A DNA stretch of 64,000 nt from Escherichia phage PMBT57, in sequence record MG770228.1. One strand, 5' to 3'. Of the stretch, positions 55,212 through 64,000 are shown one piece after another (positions within the stretch are counted from its first letter, which is position 1; each line of letters starts with the position of its first letter). A model generated the notes under the pieces. That model was given only the letters and a program-made list of their open reading frames with translations. It ran no database searches and was not told where the DNA came from. The position numbers and the translations under genes are program-made.

Positions 55212-56270
55212 ATGGCTAGTATTGATTCTATTGCCGTATGTAATCCACGGCAGGTACGTAAATTTGTTGAACACTGTATCCGTTCAGGATTGGTTCCATT
55301 TATCACTTCATCTCCTGGTATGGGTAAATCTGCAATTGTTCATCAGATTGCAGAAGACTTTGGTCTGAAACTGATTGACCATCGTCTGTCTACTTCAGCA
55401 CCAGAAGACCTGTCAGGTCTGCCGCGTTTTAAAGAAAATGGTCGTGCTGAATTTGCTCCATTTGATGAGCTATTCCCACTGGAAGGGGATACTGTACCTG
55501 AAGGATTTAATGGCTGGCTCCTTTTTCTCGATGAGTTTAACTCTGCTCGTAAAGAGATTCAGGCTGCTGCTTATAAACTGGTACTCGACCGTATGACTGG
55601 TCAGAAGAAGCTACATCCTTATGTAGCTATCGTATGTGCTGGTAACAAAGCAACTGACCGTGCCATTACTAATAACCTGTCTACAGCTATGCAATCACGC
55701 CTTATTCATCTGGAAATGGAGACTGATTTTGATGTCTTTATGGAAGATGTAGCTATCCCTAACAAGTGGGATGAACGTGTAATTGCATTCCTGAATGCTA
55801 ACCCAAATAAACTGAATGATTTTGAACCAGACCATCAAGAGAAGACTTTCTGTTGTTCTCGTACATGGGAGTTCGTTAACAAGATTGTTTCCATTCTCCC
55901 ACCGGGACCGATTGATAGTGAAATGACTCTGCTGTTAGCAGGCACTATCACCTCTGGTGTAGCAACATCATTCGTCCAGTTTACTCAGGTCTATAGCAAC
56001 ATGGTGTCTTTGAATGAGATTTTGGATAATCCTAAGAAAGCTCGTATGCCTGAAGACAATAACCTGTTGTGGGCTGTAGTCACTTCACTAATTAACAATA
56101 CTGACGAAGATAATCATTCGAAAATCTTTGATTACGTTGAACGTATGCCGTTTACGTTCAAGGTTTTGTACTACCGTTCTGTAGGTAGTTTGGTTCCAGC
56201 TTTGGTTAAATTACCAAACTGGCGTGTTGCTGCAATCACATTATCTAAATACGTTCATGGTTCCAATTAA
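55212..56270 (+). CDS. MoxR-like AAA+ ATPase
   Basis: Walker A SSPGMGKS, Walker B LLFLDEFN, sensor-1 CAGN, Arg finger-like QSR; paired with a VWA protein as in MoxR/CbbQ/NorQ systems. Confidence 0.75.
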   Translation: MASIDSIAVCNPRQVRKFVEHCIRSGLVPFITSSPGMGKSAIVHQIAEDFGLKLIDHRLSTSAPEDLSGLPRFKENGRAEFAPFDELFPLEGDTVPEGFNGWLLFLDEFNSARKEIQAAAYKLVLDRMTGQKKLHPYVAIVCAGNKATDRAITNNLSTAMQSRLIHLEMETDFDVFMEDVAIPNKWDERVIAFLNANPNKLNDFEPDHQEKTFCCSRTWEFVNKIVSILPPGPIDSEMTLLLAGTITSGVATSFVQFTQVYSNMVSLNEILDNPKKARMPEDNNLLWAVVTSLINNTDEDNHSKIFDYVERMPFTFKVLYYRSVGSLVPALVKLPNWRVAAITLSKYVHGSN

Positions 56271-56436
56271 CAAGAAAGGAGTTACAGACCTCCTGTATGT
56301 TGCTGGCTTTAACGGTGAAGAAATTACCGTATATGCCCCAAGTCTGGCTGCTGCTAAACAAAAGGCAGTTGAATACTTTCGTCCAAAGAAACGTGTAGCC
56401 CATACTATTTGGGTTCATCTCGCAGAGGAAAACTGA
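56257..56436 (+). CDS. possible small ORF between the ATPase and VWA genes (59 aa)
   Basis: Overlaps the ATPase stop by 14 nt in another frame; fills the gap before the VWA gene; no clear RBS. Confidence 0.3.
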   Translation: MVPINKKGVTDLLYVAGFNGEEITVYAPSLAAAKQKAVEYFRPKKRVAHTIWVHLAEEN

Positions 56437-56437
56437 T

Positions 56438-57580
56438 ATGTCCATGACAGATGCTCAATTAACCCGTGAATATGACAGATGTCAGGCTAAAGCCTTTATG
56501 GGCAAAACTGCTGCATTCTTTGGTTCACTGTTATGTTCTCTGAAGTTCCGTTGGGTAAAAGATGGCTGTGATACAGCACAAACCGATGGTGAGCATCTCG
56601 AATGGAATCCTGATTGGTTTGAGAGTCTATTACCTGAATCTCGTGTAACAGTACTCATGCATGAACTATGGCATGTCGGCTTACTGCATTCTGTTCGTAT
56701 GGGTTCTCGTGACCCAGAAGTATGGAATTATGCCTGTGATATTTATATCAACAATCAGCTTATTCAGGATGGCTACAGCTTTATAGGAATCGAAAATTGC
56801 TGGAAAGACCCTAAGTATGCTGGTTGGGCTGAAGAACAAATCTATGATGACCTCATGAGCAAACAGATACGTCCTCCTAAAGCATCAGGTGCTTTTGGGA
56901 CTGGCTCAGGTGGTGACATGAAACCTTCCACTTCGAAGGCTAGTCAGGTGAATATTGTCAATAATGTAGTAAGAGCCATGCACCAACAGAAACTATCTGG
57001 TGGTTCTTTGCCTGGGGTATTACCTGGAAAAATGGAAGAAGTTATTACTCAATTCCTGAAACCAGTAGTACCGTGGCAGGTTTTACTTGAACGCTTCTTC
57101 AATGACCTGCAAGAAACTTACTACTCATGGCAACGGCCTAATCGTAGATACCCTGATATGTACCTACCATCCCCTATGGATGATGACGGTAGACTGGAAC
57201 ATCTGGCTTATTTCCTCGATACATCTGGCTCCATTAAACCTAAAGATGCTTTACGCTTTAGCTCTGAAGTGGCCTATGTAAAAGAGAAATATCAGCCTCA
57301 GAAGATGACTCTAGTTCAGTTCACTACAGAGATTGTAGATGAACAAGTCATTGAAGATGGTGATAAGTTTACTGATGTCACTATCAAAGGACGGGGTGGT
57401 ACTAGTCTGGTTCCTGTACGTGAGTGGATTATTAAGCATAAGCCTACTGCTGCCATTATCTTTACTGACTTAGAAGTCAGACCGATGGAACCATTGCCAT
57501 TTGATATTCCTGTCATATGGGTAGTTATTCGTAACCCTGGTGCACAAGTTCCATTTGGGAAAGTTATTAACATTACATGA
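56438..57580 (+). CDS. VWA-domain protein with N-terminal HExxH metallopeptidase-like domain
   Basis: HELWH zinc-binding-like motif in the N-terminal half; C-terminal MIDAS-like DTSGS and TDLEV; RBS GAGGAAA upstream. Confidence 0.7.
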   Translation: MSMTDAQLTREYDRCQAKAFMGKTAAFFGSLLCSLKFRWVKDGCDTAQTDGEHLEWNPDWFESLLPESRVTVLMHELWHVGLLHSVRMGSRDPEVWNYACDIYINNQLIQDGYSFIGIENCWKDPKYAGWAEEQIYDDLMSKQIRPPKASGAFGTGSGGDMKPSTSKASQVNIVNNVVRAMHQQKLSGGSLPGVLPGKMEEVITQFLKPVVPWQVLLERFFNDLQETYYSWQRPNRRYPDMYLPSPMDDDGRLEHLAYFLDTSGSIKPKDALRFSSEVAYVKEKYQPQKMTLVQFTTEIVDEQVIEDGDKFTDVTIKGRGGTSLVPVREWIIKHKPTAAIIFTDLEVRPMEPLPFDIPVIWVVIRNPGAQVPFGKVINIT

Positions 57581-57586
57581 GGTTTT

Positions 57587-58093
57587 ATGGTTGTTAATGG
57601 AAAACTATTGTTAGGTGCTATGCCCATTAAAGGCATGGTCAACAGTAAACTCAGTTCAGGTGAGACTACGTTTGGACTGGGAGAAGCTGGTTATGACATC
57701 CGTATTAAACAGGATGTTACCTTCTACCGATTTCTTGGTTTGATTCCCTGCATCAAGATTAAGGATGAAGGAAAGACCAAGTGGAAGTTTGGCACTTTCA
57801 CATTAGCTTCTGCAATGGAACGTTTCAATGTACCTGCTGGCCTAGTAGGTATTGTCCATGACAAATCTACATGGGCAAGGCGTACATTATCTGTATTCAA
57901 TACCGTTATTGAACCAGGATGGTCAGGCTACCTGACTTTAGAACTGGTTTATCACGGTCGTAAAAAACTTCATATCCCTGCTGGTTCAGGTATTGCTCAG
58001 GTTATCTTCCATGAGACAGTAGAGAATACTGCTTACAATGGACGATACCAGAACCAGCCTAATCAACCTGTAGCTGCTAAGTCAGCTCGTTAA
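57587..58093 (+). CDS. dCTP deaminase / dUTPase-family protein
   Basis: GIVHDKSTWARRTLSVFNTVIEPGWSGYLTLELVYHG matches the beta-clasp dCTP deaminase/dUTPase core (KSS.AR.GL ... DPG..G.LTLE). Confidence 0.7.
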   Translation: MVVNGKLLLGAMPIKGMVNSKLSSGETTFGLGEAGYDIRIKQDVTFYRFLGLIPCIKIKDEGKTKWKFGTFTLASAMERFNVPAGLVGIVHDKSTWARRTLSVFNTVIEPGWSGYLTLELVYHGRKKLHIPAGSGIAQVIFHETVENTAYNGRYQNQPNQPVAAKSAR

Positions 58094-58106
58094 TTAAGGA
58101 AATATC

Positions 58107-58307
58107 ATGTCTATCTTTACTACTAAGGTTAATGGTCAAAAAGTTACTGTTGTTGCTCGTAACGTAGCTTACGTTACTGAAAACAGTGAAGGCCGTGGTG
58201 TAATTACTTTTACTAACGGTGATTCCATTGATACCCAGGTAGGTTATGACTCTATCCGTCGTAACGTAGCTAAAGCACTTGATGGTGCTAAAGACATCGC
58301 AGAGTAA
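58107..58307 (+). CDS. hypothetical protein (66 aa)
   Basis: RBS AAGGAAA upstream of the ATG; track ORF. Confidence 0.55.
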   Translation: MSIFTTKVNGQKVTVVARNVAYVTENSEGRGVITFTNGDSIDTQVGYDSIRRNVAKALDGAKDIAE

Positions 58308-58382
58308 GGTGTTTACAGTAATGGGGCTACTATATAGCCCCATTTATGGAAATTCCTTTCTCCATTGCTTAGTCCCAACTAT

Positions 58383-58406
58383 GCCCACTTTATGTGGGCT
58401 TTTTTA
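58383..58406 (+). terminator. rho-independent terminator
   Basis: gcccac - tttatg - tgggc followed by TTTTTT; preceded by a second palindromic hairpin at 58321-58344. Confidence 0.7.
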
Positions 58407-58420
58407 ATTAGAGACTATGT

Positions 58421-58663
58421 ATGAGCAAACTAGGTATACACGTTTACATAGATGAAGCCGAGAAGATATACCCCTATACATTATTTAGTTCCAGTGATTT
58501 ACTTCAGATGAAGGTAAACTCCATCATCGTAAACTACTGGTATAACGATAAGAATTGGGATTACTGGGCTGCACGACAGAAGAGTAAGAACAAGAAAGAT
58601 ATATTCAAAAGCAAATCAACTCCACACATGTTTCCTTGGTATCACAGAAACCGGAGATATTGA
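58421..58663 (+). CDS. hypothetical protein (80 aa)
   Basis: Track ORF; Tyr/Trp-rich. Confidence 0.5.
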   Translation: MSKLGIHVYIDEAEKIYPYTLFSSSDLLQMKVNSIIVNYWYNDKNWDYWAARQKSKNKKDIFKSKSTPHMFPWYHRNRRY

Positions 58664-59124
58664 TGACAAGAATACCATTTTTAAAACCCAGAAAACGAAC
58701 ACCAAAGCTGTATCAAAAGACTTCAGAAGACGGTTTAGCCTTGAACCAGAAAGCTATTAAGGCTGTTAGTGCACTGGTTCAAGGTAAACAGGATGCTGTT
58801 GCTTTACGTCTTGTTGTTGAGCAAATCTTAGTTGCTCTGACACTGGCTCAGGTAGCTAAACAAGAAGGTAAACAAGAAACCTGTAAAACAGCATTAGGTG
58901 CTTTGTACTGGTTGTATAAAGACCTTGCTGACAACTTTGAAATGTCTATGGATAAGTGGCAGGGCATTTCTTGTGTACTTGCTCTTAGAGAAGGGCAGGA
59001 ATTACTGTCTACTCTACCAAAAGCAGAATTTAAACTAGCCTACACTGGAGCACATAAGATTGTTCTTGGTTCCAGTAAGGACATCTTTAACCACCTCAAG
59101 CTATTCAAGGCTTTCTATGATTAA
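58663..59124 (+). CDS. hypothetical protein (153 aa)
   Basis: Start moved to the ATG overlapping the upstream stop (TGATGA) and preceded by GGAGA. Confidence 0.55.
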   Translation: MTRIPFLKPRKRTPKLYQKTSEDGLALNQKAIKAVSALVQGKQDAVALRLVVEQILVALTLAQVAKQEGKQETCKTALGALYWLYKDLADNFEMSMDKWQGISCVLALREGQELLSTLPKAEFKLAYTGAHKIVLGSSKDIFNHLKLFKAFYD

Positions 59125-60058
59125 TGCAAAAATCCTCGCTGATAGTATTACTCTTTCTGGTGACCGTCTGGTAACAATGGAGCTGGTTTATCCACGTTTC
59201 ATTCATTCAGAATTTATGACTCACCGAGCACTTAATCGTAATGCTTCTAGTAGTCGTGCTATTCCTACCCAACGCCTTATTGAGCAAGTTCGTAATGAAC
59301 CAGTAATGCCAGTACATTGGGGTAAGAACCAGAAAGGAATGCAGGCAAGTGAAGAACTCACTCCTATGGAAATTAAGGATGCCGAGTTCATCTGGGAAAA
59401 TGCTGCCTCTGCTGCTGCTGTGTATGCTGAACAACTTCGTCGTGGACAAGTACATAAGCAGATTGTGAATCGTATTCTGGAACCATTCACGCATATCCGT
59501 GTAGTAGTGACAGCTACTCAATGGAATAACTTCTTTGGTTTACGCATTCATCCTGATGCTCAACCAGAGATTTGTGAATTGGCTACTAAGATGAAGGAAC
59601 AGTATGACCAATCAAAATCCCGTACCCTGTTGGCTGGGGAATGGCATTTGCCGTACATCACTAATAGTGATTACCTTGATGCTTACGATTATTGCAAACA
59701 TCAACGAATTACTCGTGATGAACCAAGTAGTGATGAGATTAATTGCCTGTTAGTAAAAATCTCTGCTGCTCGTTGTGCCCGTGCTTCCTATAACAACTTT
59801 AAAGGTACTCCTTCTACTATCGAAGAAGACCTACGTTTGTTCTCTAAATTGGTTGAAAGTAAGCCTGTTCACGCAAGCCCTACTGAACATCAAGCAACTC
59901 CTCAGCATGTAATGAGTAAAGGCTTAAATGAGCCTACTGACCCATCTACATGGGAAAATGGCATTAGCCACATGGACAGAGATTTACGTTTATACTCAGG
60001 TAATCTGTGTGGCTGGATTCAATTCCGTAAGCTGCTTGCAGATGAATGCATCCACTAA
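59117..60058 (+). CDS. flavin-dependent thymidylate synthase (ThyX)-like protein
   Basis: HSEFMTHRALNRNASSSRAIP resembles the ThyX signature R-H-R-x7-S; start moved to the ATG overlapping the upstream stop (ATGATTAA). Confidence 0.5.
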   Translation: MINAKILADSITLSGDRLVTMELVYPRFIHSEFMTHRALNRNASSSRAIPTQRLIEQVRNEPVMPVHWGKNQKGMQASEELTPMEIKDAEFIWENAASAAAVYAEQLRRGQVHKQIVNRILEPFTHIRVVVTATQWNNFFGLRIHPDAQPEICELATKMKEQYDQSKSRTLLAGEWHLPYITNSDYLDAYDYCKHQRITRDEPSSDEINCLLVKISAARCARASYNNFKGTPSTIEEDLRLFSKLVESKPVHASPTEHQATPQHVMSKGLNEPTDPSTWENGISHMDRDLRLYSGNLCGWIQFRKLLADECIH

Positions 60059-60103
60059 GTAGGTCTTTTGTGGGTGTAGACCACTCATAATAAACTCCGC
60101 TAT

Positions 60104-60131
60104 TTGCCTCCTACATGGAGGCAATTTTTTT
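60104..60131 (+). terminator. rho-independent terminator
   Basis: ttgcctcc - tacat - ggaggcaa followed by TTTTTTT. Confidence 0.75.
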
Positions 60132-60155
60132 GATTCCATGTACATAGGAGGCTAT

Positions 60156-60389
60156 ATGGCTAAACCACGTAAATTCCGTATTAAGGATAAGCCTGTAATG
60201 GGTAGTGCTGCTGGTCAGTCACATGAGAAAGGAGACATTGTTTATGAATGCCTTCAGTATGATTACGGCGTTGCTCATGATGACACTCGTGCTACTGGTG
60301 TCCCACATACCTCAGTAACTCTTGAGGAAGATGGTAGTTACCCATTCTTCACTGTTCCTACTCATAACCTGGAAGAAATTCATGATTGA
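60156..60389 (+). CDS. hypothetical protein (77 aa)
   Basis: Start moved to the ATG preceded by AGGAGG. Confidence 0.5.
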   Translation: MAKPRKFRIKDKPVMGSAAGQSHEKGDIVYECLQYDYGVAHDDTRATGVPHTSVTLEEDGSYPFFTVPTHNLEEIHD

Positions 60390-60708
60390 CCCAAATATCA
60401 TCCATGCCAAAACAGGCGAATCCCATAAGCTGTCTGAATATTCCAAAGTAGAAGATATTGCAGTTTGTCCTGCAAATATTGCTTCTCTTTGTATCTGTAT
60501 TGCAGAGCTATCTAAAGAACGCCAACTATGGTTATCTCCTAATAAAACAATGGTTCAGGCAGGTCTGGCAGAAGTACAACGTATGCTGGATGAATGGTCT
60601 GAAGACCAGATGTTCATTGATGGCAATGCAGAAGCAATAACCGATGACATGGCCTCTGATATGGCTGTGTTTGTATTACAAGCAATGGCTGAAAAGCGTA
60701 GTAGTTAA
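60382..60708 (+). CDS. hypothetical protein (108 aa)
   Basis: Start moved to the Met overlapping the upstream stop (ATGATTGA). Confidence 0.5.
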   Translation: MIDPNIIHAKTGESHKLSEYSKVEDIAVCPANIASLCICIAELSKERQLWLSPNKTMVQAGLAEVQRMLDEWSEDQMFIDGNAEAITDDMASDMAVFVLQAMAEKRSS

Positions 60709-60733
60709 TTAATAATTTACTGGAGAAAATTCG

Positions 60734-63259
60734 ATGCAAGTAGCTGACTCTACTGAACTGACCACATCAGCAACGTTGGGTGCTCAAGATGCTATGGCCT
60801 TCGGTATTTCTGAAGACCCAGCATTCTTCCAAATACTCAGTGCTAACCTCTATTCTAATCAGAAACTGGCAATGGTACGTGAGACATTGTGCAATAGCTG
60901 GGATGCTCATATTGAGGGGAATAAAACAGATATTCCTATCCATGTAACCATTGATAAAGATGGTTTCCTTATCTTCCGTGACTATGGTTCTGGTATTCCT
61001 AAAGATAAGATTCAAGAGGTCTATGGGGTATATGGTGCATCTACCAAGAAAGCTAATACTGCTTCCACCGGTGGCTTTGGCTTAGGATGTAAATCCCCTA
61101 TGGCCTATACAGACAGTTTTACTGTCACATCTATGTGTGACGGAACCAAGACTGTCTATCACATTGCTAAATCTTCTGTTGAGACTAACGGTAAACCAGG
61201 GATTATTCCTATCGTTAGCGTACCTACTGAAGAATCCGGGCTTGAAGTTAAAATTCAGCTTCAGTCAGAAGATATTTTAGAAATTGATTCATATATTCGA
61301 GCCATTGTATTACATGGTGAGATTAAATGTATTTACTGCAATCAGTATACAGGACCAAATACAGTAGAATTACTGCCTGTACTGGGTATGTCTTTTGAAC
61401 CAGGTAGCTATAACCTAGACCATAGCACATGGCATAAATATTACATGGGCAGTCATTCAATATTTATCCGTTATGGTAATGTTATGTACCCTGCTTTGGA
61501 TACCCCTGCTACACATGAAGCATTAAAACTGGTTAAACAGTTTATGCAGGTTATTAACTGTAGCCGTATCGTTGTTCAAGCTGCCCCATCATCACTAGCT
61601 GTAGCACCTAGCCGTGAAACACTGTCATCTCAAAAAATGACCGAAGACGGTATCGTAAATTTGGCTGTAGCTTTAGTAGATAAAATGGAAGCAGATATTA
61701 AAGCTCGTCTTCCAAATGCTATTGAATATATTGGAAAAGCTATTAAAGAATATAGTCCTCACCGTTTTGAAGTAAATAGTTATTTGCCTTACACCAATTT
61801 AGTGCCTGATGTTATTGTCAGTCGTTATATGTCCTCTACTTTATTCAGTAAGCAATATGCTCATCTGTGTAAGAAATGGGGGAATATGGAAATTGACCGT
61901 CAACTAGAACATCCTGCACTGGCTCATTTCTCTGGTTCTCAAAAAGCCCATCTCCGTAAGCATTTAAAGAGGGCTAAGGATTTACGTAATTACAGGGAAT
62001 TAACTAAAGTATTTACTGATATGGCTATTAAGCCGATGTTCAAAACCTTTGCTAAATTAGGGATTACTAAAGGTATTTCTCTATTTCACTATCAATATGG
62101 TGTTGAACTGTGGCGTAATAATATTGTTAATAGTGTCCGTAGAATACACTCATTAAACTTCATGACTTATAGTTCTAAGAAGTGCCGTGTATTTGTTACC
62201 CCACGTATTACCAATATTGAAGATAGTCTGGCTGGGTATCCAGAGTTTGATAATCTTTCTACTGAGACACTGGTGAAATATAACTCAATCATTGTCAAAG
62301 TTGGAACCAAGAAAGGTGAAGCAGAGGCTATGACTAATCTGCTCACTAAAGCAGGATACGAAGTCACTAATATGGCTGAGTATCATGAGTGGGATTGTAT
62401 AGCTCGCAGACGTAAAGAGGAACAAGAGGCTAAATTAGCCATTTCCAAATTACAAGCTAAGAAAGCTACTAATAAGAAAAAGGTTAGTCCTAATCGTCTT
62501 ATTAGTATGAATATCCTTGAAATACCAAAAGAGCATCGTAGCTATTCGAGTGAAGTATGTGGTTCTCACTACGCTTCTCGTTCTCATGACCGAATGGTTG
62601 ATGTAGATACTCCCCAGTATTACATCATGCAGGAAGATATTAATAACTACACAGGAAGGCTTGGTGTTCTTTCTATGTGGCAATTAACCCCTGCTACCAT
62701 TAAAGATGTGACTGTTGTTTGTCGTAATAAAATTGAACGTAATAAAGCTATTAAGCGAGGTGCTGTTCATTTGGATGAATGGACTGCTCCGTATATTGCT
62801 TCAGTTCTTACATCCAAACAATTCATTAAGTATGTCACTAAAGAACGTCAGAAAACGTTAAGTGATATTGGTATTTACTCCAAACACCTCAGATTACTGA
62901 GAGAACTAGATATTACATATGCCCCATTGAAAGGTCTGCGTTATGACCCAGAACTGGAGAATGCTTATCTCTTCTTACAAAGTAGTAGCTACCCTAAGCT
63001 ACGTGCATTGTTAGGGAAGGGTCTGATTACTGAAGAAGAGTATCACTTCCTCAGTGATGTTGATGTGCATTGCAAGACTTTCAGTAAGTACTCGGAACTT
63101 CGTAGGATACCGAAGATGTTCCTTGATATTGATGCTGGGGGTTATATGTTGGCTGCATGTACTGTAGACACATTGCTTCGTGAAATCGAACAATTCCCTG
63201 AATCAATCCCTGCAATCAAACTGCTTGTAAAAGCTGCTCTTAAACGGAATACAGACTGA
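60734..63259 (+). CDS. rIIA-like protein with N-terminal GHKL (histidine-kinase-like) ATPase domain
   Basis: N-box-like RETLCNSWDAH, G1 DYGSGIP, G2 GGFGLG within the first 130 aa; 841 aa; followed by an overlapping downstream gene as in rIIA/rIIB pairs. Confidence 0.55.
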   Translation: MQVADSTELTTSATLGAQDAMAFGISEDPAFFQILSANLYSNQKLAMVRETLCNSWDAHIEGNKTDIPIHVTIDKDGFLIFRDYGSGIPKDKIQEVYGVYGASTKKANTASTGGFGLGCKSPMAYTDSFTVTSMCDGTKTVYHIAKSSVETNGKPGIIPIVSVPTEESGLEVKIQLQSEDILEIDSYIRAIVLHGEIKCIYCNQYTGPNTVELLPVLGMSFEPGSYNLDHSTWHKYYMGSHSIFIRYGNVMYPALDTPATHEALKLVKQFMQVINCSRIVVQAAPSSLAVAPSRETLSSQKMTEDGIVNLAVALVDKMEADIKARLPNAIEYIGKAIKEYSPHRFEVNSYLPYTNLVPDVIVSRYMSSTLFSKQYAHLCKKWGNMEIDRQLEHPALAHFSGSQKAHLRKHLKRAKDLRNYRELTKVFTDMAIKPMFKTFAKLGITKGISLFHYQYGVELWRNNIVNSVRRIHSLNFMTYSSKKCRVFVTPRITNIEDSLAGYPEFDNLSTETLVKYNSIIVKVGTKKGEAEAMTNLLTKAGYEVTNMAEYHEWDCIARRRKEEQEAKLAISKLQAKKATNKKKVSPNRLISMNILEIPKEHRSYSSEVCGSHYASRSHDRMVDVDTPQYYIMQEDINNYTGRLGVLSMWQLTPATIKDVTVVCRNKIERNKAIKRGAVHLDEWTAPYIASVLTSKQFIKYVTKERQKTLSDIGIYSKHLRLLRELDITYAPLKGLRYDPELENAYLFLQSSSYPKLRALLGKGLITEEEYHFLSDVDVHCKTFSKYSELRRIPKMFLDIDAGGYMLAACTVDTLLREIEQFPESIPAIKLLVKAALKRNTD

Positions 63260-64000
63260 TGAAACGAAATTATCTCGCCATTATTGCCCTGTCAGTAGAC
63301 AGCCGTAACCTCACCTTATGGCAACCAGATGGTTCTACTATGGTCATCCCCCAAGGGGATGCCCGTGTACCACGTATTGTTGCTGAAGCAAAAGAAAAGA
63401 ATCTTACCCCAGGTAAGATTATCGAAGTGGATGTCACTATCGAAGCTCAGATTCGTCAGGAGTTTCTGGACGCTGAACGTGATACAGGTGGCTTTGTTAA
63501 ATTCTTCCGTATTACCAAGAAGAAGCTACAAGAGTTCTTCTTAGGGGAAGAGGAAGAACAAGTCCCTCATGTATCACCTGTAGAGTTAGGTGCTAAACCA
63601 ACTGCTTTCAATGCTTTTATTGCTAATGCTGTAGGCAAAACTCTTGCTGTACAACATGCATCGTTAAAAGTACCTGAACCAGAAATGACGGTTACTCATG
63701 AGCGTTTTTACGGTAACTATGCTGTATGGATTACAGATGTAGACCCACGGAATCATCGTATTGAGGTTATTCATGTTATCCGTGAAATCTCAGGAAGAAC
63801 CAGTGAATATGTCAATAACCTGCTGGCTCAACCAACCCCATTCAAAGTATTTGATTGGCTCACAGAGACTCAGGCTAAAGAGTTTGTAAGACGTTTGAAT
63901 AACACTCAGGGTGTTATCTCTGTCTATAACAAACTGGAAGACGGTATTCCTGCTAAGGTTGCTGTAAAGGCCACAGAGCCAACCAATAAGGAAAAGCTAG
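63259..64000 (+). CDS. 3'-truncated ORF, rIIB-like by position
   Basis: ATG overlaps the rIIA-like stop (TGATG); frame stays open to the window end (>246 codons); not in the track because it has no stop in the window. Confidence 0.4.
   Translation, partial: MKRNYLAIIALSVDSRNLTLWQPDGSTMVIPQGDARVPRIVAEAKEKNLTPGKIIEVDVTIEAQIRQEFLDAERDTGGFVKFFRITKKKLQEFFLGEEEEQVPHVSPVELGAKPTAFNAFIANAVGKTLAVQHASLKVPEPEMTVTHERFYGNYAVWITDVDPRNHRIEVIHVIREISGRTSEYVNNLLAQPTPFKVFDWLTETQAKEFVRRLNNTQGVISVYNKLEDGIPAKVAVKATEPTNKEKL

Noticed and set aside
56270-56320. ATG with AAGGAG 14 nt upstream in a third frame between the ATPase and VWA genes
   Set aside because: Spacing is long for an RBS and the frame closes after ~33 codons; I kept the 59-aa alternative only as a low-confidence feature.

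Overview
This window looks like most of the genome (64 kb of roughly 70 kb) of an N4-like podovirus (Schitoviridae), circularly permuted so that the window starts inside the replication module and ends inside an rIIB-like gene. I see no CRISPR array, integrase or recognisable host defence system; the best candidates for something undescribed are small early ORFs and the structured non-coding RNA in the tRNA cluster. Layout: (1) + strand 1-9609: replication and recombination genes (primase-like, P-loop ATPase, SSB-like, RuvC-like resolvase, Cas4-like nuclease), a cluster of four tRNAs (Asn, Ser, Thr, Pro) with extra structured RNA, and two small genes, one with a DUF2829/Tad2-like C-terminus. 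(2) - strand 9644-44015: the late operon, headed by a ~3500-aa virion RNA polymerase, then virion proteins, scaffold, major capsid, portal, a lysis cassette (SAR endolysin, holin-like, Rz with embedded Rz1), tail proteins and large terminase. (3) + strand 44143-64000: early genes with three DNA-hairpin promoters of the N4 virion-RNAP type, a split T7-like RNA polymerase II, an Ig-like decoration protein, an SPFH protein, an HNH endonuclease, a MoxR-ATPase/VWA pair, dCTP deaminase, a ThyX-like protein and rIIA/rIIB-like genes. All family assignments are motif-level readings from memory, not database searches. CDS coordinates follow the supplied ORF track, and I moved starts downstream where an RBS plus ATG was clearer. 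Coordinates I derived by counting bases (tRNAs, hairpins, terminators, small ORFs) may be off by 1-2 nt.
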